DNA of 10,900 nt from positions 1-10,900 of the forward strand of contig NW_021827243.1 of assembly GCF_006345805.1 (NCBI RefSeq), read 5' to 3'. Shown here in pieces: positions 1 through 7,149 of the stretch. A program made the translations under genes and the position numbers. This DNA is from Octopus sinensis. Lineage: Eukaryota. Position 1 is the first letter of the stretch, and every line of letters starts with the position of its first letter. A model generated the notes under the pieces. It did not search any database, was not told the DNA's origin, and worked only from the letters and a program-made list of their open reading frames with translations.

Positions 1-562
1 GCTACTTGGTTATGGTATGCCTTTCTAGAATTTAAAAGAAAAATGTTATCGTCATTTTTATACAACATAATAATATTGTTTATAAACGTTCTCACACTGA
101 TCCCCTAATGTTTTCCTGGATCCCATTGTAGCATCCTAAGTTTCATAGTGTTTGCCCCTTTAACTGGTAAGAGCATCATGAATTAGTGTCACTCCTAGAT
201 CCGCGCCTCCAAATCAAAACATTATTAGTTTCTTTTGCTTGTGGGTTGGGGGTACTTGTGATAGAATGAAATTTATGACCAACAGCCAGCTATGAGCTGT
301 CAACTCACTTTGCTCTTTATTCTAAATATACGAAGACTTCTAGTCTTAGATTTTTGTTGATAAGGAGATAGATAAATTGGAAATGAATTACAACCTATGA
401 ACCCCAATATGTTCCATAGCACTCTAAAAATTGTCGTTTTATTCATCACTTAGATATTCTTGCTACAATGGTGACAACATGAAATTCTTCCGTCCTCTTG
501 CTCTGTTAAAATGTTTAAGAAAAATTATACTAATATATCTTGTCTGTTGCAAGTCGATATTT

Positions 563-650
563 GTGCAGCTGAAGATAGCGCTCTATTTAAATTGATGCAA
601 TGAATGCATTGTTCAATTAAATGGAGCCGCTTGAAACGGTCGTACTGTAT
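563..650 (+). ncRNA. Type I hammerhead ribozyme motif (HHR-1), canonical core, long stem II, predicted cleavage GUA after 644
   Basis: Stem I GTGCAG 563-568 / CTGTAT 645-650 (two G.U pairs); core CTGAAGA 569-575; stem II AGCG 577-580 / CGCT 628-631, extended by CTCT/GGAG, ATTT/AAAT, AATTGA/TCAATT and TGCA/TGCA; GAAA 633-636; stem III ACG-GT-CGT 636-643; A17 at 644. Order and spacing match the type I HHR consensus (CUGANGA...GAAA...NUH). The 10.1/11.1 position is a T/T mismatch. Confidence 0.8.
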
Positions 651-687
651 TACTACTTGACATTCTGTTACTTATTTTGATTTTATT

Positions 688-830
688 CACACACACACAT
701 ACACACATATACATCGATACATACATACATACATACATACATACACACACACACACGCACACACACACACACACACACACACCACATATATATATATATA
801 TATATATATATTCATTTATATTATATATAT
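688..830. repeat. Compound microsatellite (CA)n/(TACA)n/(TA)n
   Basis: Directly visible tandem CA, TACA and TA units. Confidence 0.97.
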
Positions 831-999
831 AAGGAGAGTTTACGAAAAAAACAAAAGACGAAGATAGGTGGTGTACAAAACAAACAGATGTATTAGTATA
901 ACGCTCAGGAATAGAAAAAGTCTTTTACGTTTCGAGCCTACGCTCTTCTACAGAAAGAGACACAGAAAAAAACAAGGAGAGAAACAAAGAGAGAAAAAA
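831..999 (-). mobile_element. ~170 bp interspersed repeat, probable Penelope-like (PLE) pLTR-derived non-autonomous element, copy 1
   Basis: Inverted match to 5821-5987: by hand, 9 substitutions and one 2-nt indel over ~169 nt. Carries a hammerhead-like motif and abuts (TA)n. PLE assignment is inferred from the minimal HHR; strand given is the HHR-sense strand. Confidence 0.7.
921..958 (-). ncRNA. Minimal type I hammerhead-like motif (HHR-2a) with variant core CUGUAGA
   Basis: Minus strand reads TCTTT CTGTAGA A GAGC GTAG GCTC GAAA CG TA AAAGA. Stem I TCTTT/AAAGA; stem II GAGC/GCTC; palindromic stem III ACGT; GUA triplet. Core differs from CUGANGA at A6 (U). Confidence 0.7.
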
Positions 1000-1191
1000 T
1001 GTGTAGAGGCTAGTGAATATACAAACTTAAGAATGTATGTGTATGTAAGTGTCTGTGTGTTTGTGCGTTTGTCTTCTGATCACATGAATCTTACATTTTC
1101 TCTAGATTGATAAGGAAGCGTAAAGTTACATGGACACAAATTCATGCACACACATCTATAGCAATATCTTTTATAAATGCATTAGGTCAAC

Positions 1192-1545
1192 GCATACATA
1201 CATATATGTGTGTGTGTGTGTACATATATTTGCATGTCTGCATATAAATATGCGATAATAATAATGATTTGTATAAAGCAGAGAAATACACTATATATGT
1301 GTGTATGTACATGTCTATCTATCCATCCATCTATGTATGTATGTATGTATGTATGTATGTATGTATGTATGTATGTATGTATGTATGTATCTATCTGTCA
1401 TCTATACACACACATAAATGTATGGGTGTAAGTGTGTGTATGTATATATATATGCCTCTGTCTGAGTACATGTGTATTCTTTTGTGCAAACATTTCTGTA
1501 CATAGATGCAGTCACTCACCCACACACATCCATACAAACGCATAC
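1192..1545. repeat. Compound/degenerate microsatellite region with (TG)n, (TATC), a (TATG)n tract at ~1332-1389, and (CA)
   Basis: Visible tandem units; explains the MYVCMYVC-type ORFs. Confidence 0.9.
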
Positions 1546-1925
1546 CTAAACACATAAACACAGGACTTAAACGTAATTCCTTCTCTACCATTCACGTAAT
1601 TATTTCCTTGAAATTTCAAATCCCAAACATGTCATTTTTTAAGCCAACAGCTTAAACCATTTGTTTTTCTTCTAGATTCATTTGACATTCATTTTTCCCT
1701 CATTATTCTTTCATTTTCATCCATTTGCCTTTCCATTCCAACCTTCTTCATATAAATCAGACACTCACTCACTCATACAAACGCACTATGTATATAAATG
1801 TATAGATTAATGGAATGTGTATTCCATTAATCCATACATTACTGATTTTCAATTCTTCAATTCATTTTCCCTATAAAATATTCAGTTATTCTCTCGCTTC
1901 GAACATCATTCATGTAATTATTACG

Positions 1926-2117
<192 letters not shown>

Positions 2118-2240
2118 ACATACCACAACGCACGCGCAGGTATATTTTAAATTCGAACCGAATACACCTACTCCTCATTCCTCTCTTATCAATCGAATCT
2201 CAAGATTTTGGTTATTTCCCGCCACCTCCCCTCACCGCGC

Positions 2241-2250
2241 TGTCTATCTA

Positions 2251-2299
<49 letters not shown>

Positions 2300-2310
2300 C
2301 TCTCTCTCGC
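2241..2310. repeat. (TCTA)/(TCTG)/(CT)n microsatellite
   Basis: Visible tandem units. Confidence 0.95.
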
Positions 2311-2652
2311 ATCTGAATTCCAGATCTTTCGGGGATTCCTCACTCACACACAGAAATATCTCTTCCCATATCGACTATTCTTTTGCTCTTTCTCTCTTCT
2401 ACATTATATATACATTATACGCACACACACACACATACACACACATATATACATATACATACATGCATGCATGAGTGTCTGTGTCTCCTTCATTATTTGC
2501 CAATTAATGAATATGACCCTTGGGAACCCTTTCTCCTCTTTTGCATTTGAACTCTAAATATTGACAGAAGAAACTTCCTTCCATAATTAAATTGCAGTAA
2601 TATTCCTGCCAACCAGACAACCAGACCACCATTTTGTTATGCCCACCATAAC

Positions 2653-2884
2653 AGGACACCTTATTTCTCGTTGCTTCAGTCCGCTCCAGCTGTTAAAAAT
2701 TAATCGTACCTGTATTTCAAAGAGTCAGCTTCGTCACATTCCGTGTCACACTAGATCTCCCCGAGAACTATATTAAGAGTACACGTGTCTGTGAAGTGCC
2801 CAGCGACTAGCACGTTAATTTCACGAGCAAGCTGTTCCGTTGATCGGATCATCTAGAACCCACGTCGTAATTGAAGGAGTGCTA
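2653..2884 (+). mobile_element. SINE body and 3' part (head decayed); octopus-type SINE with a Nin-like central domain
   Basis: ATTTCTCGTTGCTTCAGTCCGCTCCAGCTG is shared with the minus-strand copy at ~9890-9935. GTACACGTGTCTGTGAAGTGCCCAG...TTAATTTCACGAGCAAGCTGTTCCGTTGATC aligns by eye to 10260-10365. Family and domain names are from recall, not a database search. Confidence 0.75.
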
Positions 2885-2912
2885 GTTAGTTTGTATGTAT
2901 GTATGTATGAAT

Positions 2913-3466
2913 TATGTCAGGTCACTTCGAGTGCTACTGGTAACACGTAACCCAGTACAACCTGTTGCATAGTCGGGTCGTCGGCGACTAAACCGGCAAC
3001 CCCACCAAGCTTGCTTGGTGAGGAGGGAGTTTATTGGACACCCTGCGGGATGAAAAAGAAAACCCGTCAAATGGCAGGGAAACTCTTGAGAGTCAACGGC
3101 CATCCAATAAATATCTTAAGGCTTTATCATGCGCGGGACATAGAAATAATCGGACTGAATACCCGATCGCGCGGTTAAACCATTGGGAGTGAAGGACTCC
3201 TAGCCTTTGTTTGGGGCATCCTTCTAGGAGAAGGTAACTCAGGTAACTGGGATAACTCCGACATAAAACCTGCGGCTCAGTGGTTACCGATGATGTTGAC
3301 TTGTTCTTCTTTTCGGATTATGGCTGCTGTTGCTTAGTGAGTGGGATTGACTCAGTGCACAGCCTTTCCTCACTTTAAAAAAATCTTCTTGCACAGGCAT
3401 TGCACGATAACAACATTGATTAAGCTTCGTGCAATGGCCATACTCGATAACGAGGGAGCAGCCACC
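2913..3466 (+). mobile_element. ~555 bp GC-richer structured non-autonomous retroelement with an RTE 5'-UTR-like motif, flanked by (TATG)n
   Basis: GGGGCATCCTTCTAGGAGAAGGTAACTC (3213-3240) resembles the CTAGGAGAAGG-AAACTC motif I recall from RTE-clade LINE 5' UTRs and RTE-related SINEs. Many perfect stems; a 10-bp 3' stem-loop (3398-3407/3427-3436); (TATG)n on both sides; no coding ORF. Confidence 0.6.
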
Positions 3467-3540
3467 ATGTATGTATGCATCTATGCATCTATGTATGTGT
3501 GTGTGTGAGTGTGTGTGTGTGTATGTGTATGTATGAGTGT
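3467..3540. repeat. (ATGT)/(TG)n microsatellite
   Basis: Visible tandem units. Confidence 0.93.
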
Positions 3541-4224
3541 GACTGTCCTGTTTCGATCAAAGGTAATATCGTTCCGTTGTCCTTGCAGAGAGTCAAGTGA
3601 TTCCATCCAGAATTATATCAAAGCCACAAGCTCATGCTCGCTTCCTCTTGAAGTTATTTCATATTTTACATCCCTACCCTAATACCAGAAGGATAAGGCA
3701 TGAGGCAGTCCCACTCATGCAATTCATTCCTACCGAATTGATGATTGATAACATTATGTATTTAATAAGTCGCACTGTTGTTAAGAGATTATTATCGACT
3801 TACATTTCCATTCCGTTTCGCTATTTTACCCTTTGCCTGACCAAAGCATTTTCATGAATCTTTCCCTAAACATTTCTGCATGTTTTCAGATATTTTGCAA
3901 GCGCGTGCTTCATGCGTTTTGATTAATATAAAGCTTTCCTTTCGTATGTCCTAAGTTAATTTGAAAGTTTCAATAAATTAGAAATGTCCATCATATATGA
4001 TACATGGACGCCGAGGAAATAGGTCTGGTGCATCAGGGGAGATACACGAGACAAGCAAAGGCTCAATGGATGCGGGATGTCAGAATGAGATGTTGATGTT
4101 ATTGTCATCTAATATTAAAGATTTTTGAACCTCTATTTCATGTGTTCATATCATACCGAGTCAAATAAAGTACATCTCATACACTGGCGTTAATCCCAAG
4201 GGGAGAGATTTACTCATTTCAAAA

Positions 4225-4886
4225 AATTACAAATATCAAATTTCCTTCTAAATAGAATCCTCTGACTTCAGCACACTTGTTATAGCACTCCAGCCACTTT
4301 GCCGAAGCACCATGGAAGTCTTTCAAACTGAAGATGTTCAGGACCCTTGTCACAGCCGCCTTCATTTTCACCTTCAGCTTGGCGAAAAATCAAGTCACAG
4401 GAAGCAATGACTCGATTGCAGGAAGAGTGAAAAACAATTTTGATGCCCTTGTCTGTGAAGTAGTTTTGGTTTCTAGGATGGAATTGTGGACTGGTGTATT
4501 GATCTAGTGTAGGTGCTCTGACCTTTAGCAACGAATCTTTTCCTCAACCCCCTCAAAACTTCCACAGAGTACTTTTGACTGTCTGCCCAGAGGGAACCCA
4601 GTGGATGTAGATGATACCTTTGCAGCCGTAAAAAGGTGTTATCTTGAGCCTCCTAGTCATCTTCCTTTATCTGGTCACTTGTGCCAGTAAAAAACAGATG
4701 TTCGGGTCATAAATGTGAATACCTAAGCGGCTTTGAGCATTTCATAAGTTTGTGGGGTGTTTTGGTCCAGTTTAACACAAAACTTCATTGCATAGTGAAC
4801 TTCCAAATTGTCTTCACGTCCCGTCGACATTCTGCAAACTGTTTAGTTGAGGGTGTTCCAAGTGCTGTTACAACACTTATTTAAAA
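4225..4886 (-). mobile_element. Decayed mariner-family DNA transposon (transposase pseudogene with internal deletion)
   Basis: From ATG at 4830: MSTGREDNLEVHYAMKFCVKLDQNTPQTYEMLKAA*VFTFMTRTSVFYWHK* (mariner N-terminal HTH). Then, across frameshifts: KGIIYIHWVPSGQTV; YSVEVLRGLRKRF; H*INTPVHNSIL (HQDNAPVH-like); KGIKIVFHSSCNRVIASCDLIF (remnant of HPPYSPDLAPCDFWLF); and KLK...FSLKDFHGASAKWLECYNKCAEVRGFYLEG (mariner C-terminus, ending ~4243). The linker and first catalytic Asp are deleted. TIRs not found. Confidence 0.92.
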
Positions 4887-5220
4887 GACTCATTTTTAAA
4901 GCTTAAAACTTATTCAATCGTTTTCTTTTGCCGACCCGTTAAATTACAGGGATGTAAACGCCAACACCGGTTGTCAAGCGGTGCTGGGATGGGGGGACAA
5001 ACACAGACACAAAGACACACACACATACACACATGTATATATGTATATATATATATATAAACACGGTTCTTTCAGTTTCCGTCTACCAAATACATACACA
5101 AAGCTTTGGCCTGCCCGAAGCTGTAGTACGAGACACTTGCCCAACGTGTCATGCTGTAGGACTAAACCCGGAGCCATGGGGTTGGGAAGCAAGCGCCTTA
5201 CCACGCACCCACGCCTGCAT
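4887..5220 (-). mobile_element. tRNA-derived SINE with internal (TA)/(TG) microsatellite, 3'-truncated (family B)
   Basis: Minus strand has an A-box-like TGGGTGCGTGG (5201-5211), a B-box-like GGGTTTAGTCC (5159-5169), ACGTTGGGCAAGTG, CCAAAGC-TTGTG and GGAAACTGAAAGAA. Collinear with the + copy at 6589-7038. Confidence 0.9.
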
Positions 5221-5221
5221 G

Positions 5222-5222
<1 letters not shown>

Positions 5223-5254
<32 letters not shown>
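5223..5254. repeat. (TA)n microsatellite
   Basis: Visible tandem TA. Confidence 0.97.
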
Positions 5255-5258
<4 letters not shown>

Positions 5259-5280
5259 AATTAACACAATACATGTGTTA

Positions 5281-5337
5281 TGTGCTGCTATTAGTTTCAT
5301 ATGTTGAGAAATTCCTCAAACATATTCATCAGGCACA
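5281..5337 (-). ncRNA. Type I hammerhead motif (HHR-3a), canonical core, cleavage triplet mutated to GCA
   Basis: Minus strand reads TGTGC CTGATGA ATATGTT-T-GAG GAATTT CTC AACATAT GAAA CTAATAG CA GCACA. Stem I 5 bp; stem II 7+3 bp; near-palindromic stem III. Position U16.1 is C. Confidence 0.82.
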
Positions 5338-5373
5338 AATCACATATAACGAACTAAAAATGGTATGTGGTTT

Positions 5374-5427
5374 GTGTCTGATGATATGTTTGAGGTATTC
5401 CGCAGCATATGGAACTATTAGTAGCAC
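5374..5427 (+). ncRNA. Type I hammerhead motif (HHR-3b), GAAA mutated to GGAA, GUA site after 5423
   Basis: GTGT CTGATGA TATGTT TGAGGTATTCCGC AGCATA T GGAA CTATTAG TA GCAC. Stem I GTGT/GCAC; stem II TATGTT/AGCATA; stem III ACTA-T-TAGT. Paralogous to HHR-3a. Confidence 0.72.
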
Positions 5428-5521
5428 GTAAAACATATATTGTGTCTATTAAATAATATTTATCACTCACCAGATGGAATACTTTTTTTGTTGATCATAC
5501 CATCACGGAACAGTACATTCG

Positions 5522-5554
<33 letters not shown>

Positions 5555-5681
5555 CCATTGTGCATAAAAAATGGATCTACAACTTCAATATCCCTACATA
5601 TCTTGCATCTATTTTCTCTCCTCCACCTCACTATTTTTTGTCACATCTAAACTAACTATGACTTTAACATCCTCTCACATC

Positions 5682-5733
5682 GTCTCTGATGAAGGGATAT
5701 AATTAATAAATATCCTGGAAACAGCTGTAAGAC
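5682..5733 (+). ncRNA. Type I hammerhead ribozyme motif (HHR-4), canonical core, perfectly palindromic stem III, predicted cleavage GUA after 5729
   Basis: GTCT(5682-85) CTGATGA(5686-92) AG GGATAT AATTAATAA ATATCC TG GAAA(5718-21) CAGCTG TA AGAC(5730-33). Stem I GTCT/AGAC; stem II GGATAT/ATATCC plus a G.U pair; ACAGCTGT (5721-5728) is its own reverse complement. Confidence 0.87.
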
Positions 5734-5820
5734 CTTCTATCTATGAATGTCCTAATATCTACACAGCCTTGGTTTTTTATCTCATTACGCAAAAAATTCT
5801 TATATATATGCAAGCTTCTT

Positions 5821-5987
5821 TTTTTTCTCTCCTTGTTTCTCTCCTTGTTTTTCTGTGTCCCTTTCTGTAGAAGAGCGTAGGTTCGAAACGTAACATACTT
5901 TTTCAATTCCTGAGCGTTATACTAATACATCTGTTTGTTTTGTACACCACCTGTCTTCGTCTTTTGTATTTTTCGTAAACTCTCCCT
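5821..5987 (+). mobile_element. ~170 bp probable PLE-derived repeat, copy 2 (inverted relative to 831-999)
   Basis: ~93% hand-aligned identity to the reverse complement of 831-999; abuts (TA)n at the equivalent end. Confidence 0.7.
5861..5897 (+). ncRNA. Degenerate minimal hammerhead-like motif (HHR-2b), core CUGUAGA, stem I weakened
   Basis: CTTT CTGTAGA A GAGC GTAG GTTC GAAA CG TA ACATA. Stem II is kept with a G.U pair; stem III ACGT; the stem I 3' strand is mutated relative to copy 1 (AAAGA to ACATA). Confidence 0.6.
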
Positions 5988-6097
5988 ATATATGTATATA
6001 TATAATATCTATGATATGTATATATATATATATATATATACTATATATATAATATATGTTGTTGTGTGTGTGTGTGTATGTGTGTGTGTGTGTGTGT
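5988..6097. repeat. (TA)n then (TG)n compound microsatellite
   Basis: Visible tandem units. Confidence 0.95.
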
Positions 6098-6323
6098 TGC
6101 AAGCTTAAAAGACGCCCTTTCGGGCGATTGAAAAGACCTTCAGATGAGTTCGCAGAGAACACATACGCTGTTACTAATTGTTATATATGAAATTGATAAT
6201 CAACCGTCAACATAAGTGACCATACATTGAACTCTAATAAATTCTATGATGTGTACAAACAATGTTGCTATGGATCTGAGATAAATATACATCTCTTAAG
6301 TTTAGCTTAAGAAGTTTGTATAA

Positions 6324-6535
6324 GGTGGTGAGGTGGCAGAATCGCCACCACGCTGAGCAAAAATCTTAGCAACATTTCGTCCGTCTTTACGTTCTTGGCT
6401 CAAATTCTGCCGATGTTGACCTTACCATTCATCCTTTCGGGGTCGATAAAATATCTACCAGTCGAGGTCTAGGTTTGATGTAAATCGACAAGTCCCTTTT
6501 TCGAAATTGCTCGCCTTGTGCCAATATTTGAAACC
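6324..6535 (+). mobile_element. tRNA-derived SINE with a CORE-like central domain (family A)
   Basis: A box TGGCAGAATCG 6334-6344; B-box-like GGCTCAAATTC 6397-6407; central CATCCTTTCGGGGTCGATAAAATATCTACCAG resembles the CORE-type domain of octopus SINEs (from recall). Confidence 0.85.
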
Positions 6536-6588
6536 AGTAATTTTTATGGTGTATGGAAATCGTGCAGCCGTAGGTGTGAGATAAATAT

Positions 6589-6745
6589 GTGCAGATGTGT
6601 CTATGTGGTAAGAAGCATGCTTCTCAACCACGCCCTCCTGGGGTCAGTGCCACTGTGTAAAACCTTGGGCAAGTATCTTCTACCATTGCTTCGAACCAAA
6701 GCCTTGTGAGATGATTTTGAATTGGGAAACTGAAAGAAACACGCC

Positions 6746-6833
<88 letters not shown>

Positions 6834-7038
6834 TTGTGCCTGTCAACCACAGCCACTCAACAGCCGGTTCTGGGGTGTTTACGATCCCGTAACATAGCGG
6901 CTCGGCAAAACAGACCGACAGAACAAGTACCAAGCTTTAAAAAGAAAGTCCCAGTGTAGATTTGTTCGACTGAAACCCTAGCATGGCCTCAGTCAAAACA
7001 AATGACTGAAACAAGTAATAAAATAAATAAATAAAAGA
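6589..7038 (+). mobile_element. Full-length tRNA-derived SINE (family B) with an expanded internal (TG)n (6749-6822) and an A-rich tail
   Basis: Head ATGTGGTAAGAAGC...GGGGTCAGTGCCACTGTG, then ACCTTGGGCAAGT, CCAAAGCCTTGTGAG and GGAAACTGAAAGAA; 3' end CAAATGACTGAAACAAGTAA plus (AAAT)n. Homologous to 4887-5220 and 10851-10900. Confidence 0.92.
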
Positions 7039-7149
7039 ACTATAAAGTGTGCCTTAATATTAGAGGTTAGCAGCATCTCATAACTTCTTAAACATGAAGG
7101 CTTGGAATCTTAGACTGGCCGGAAATAAAGCATTTTACAAAAGTTTATT

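Larger units (their letters stand above)
5255..5454. repeat. Foldback inverted repeat: arms 5255-5346 and 5364-5454, 17-nt spacer
   Basis: Hand alignment of the reverse complement of 5255-5346 with 5364-5454 gives 15 differences in 92 columns (~84% identity). Each arm contains a hammerhead motif. Confidence 0.92.

Noticed and set aside
2913-3466. HDV-like or twister ribozyme call for the RTE-like element
   Set aside because: No HDV L3 motif (TCCTCG-like) with matching P1/P3, and no twister P1 or P4/T2 module (GCCGGT..AAGCCCGG-like) could be fitted. Kept only as an unassigned structured RNA.
4328-4334. CTGAAGA heptamers here (+) and at 7572-7578 (minus)
   Set aside because: Both lie inside transposase or LINE coding remnants and lack a stem II/GAAA/stem III/stem I arrangement.
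5255-5454. A/G excess among foldback arm differences as a fossil of A-to-I editing
   Set aside because: Only 15 differences; ordinary transition bias explains them.
5565-5605. KKWIYNFNIP as a Penelope GIY-YIG C-terminal (WI..L.T..P.GLN) remnant upstream of HHR-4
   Set aside because: Too little similarity to support; no other endonuclease motifs are nearby.
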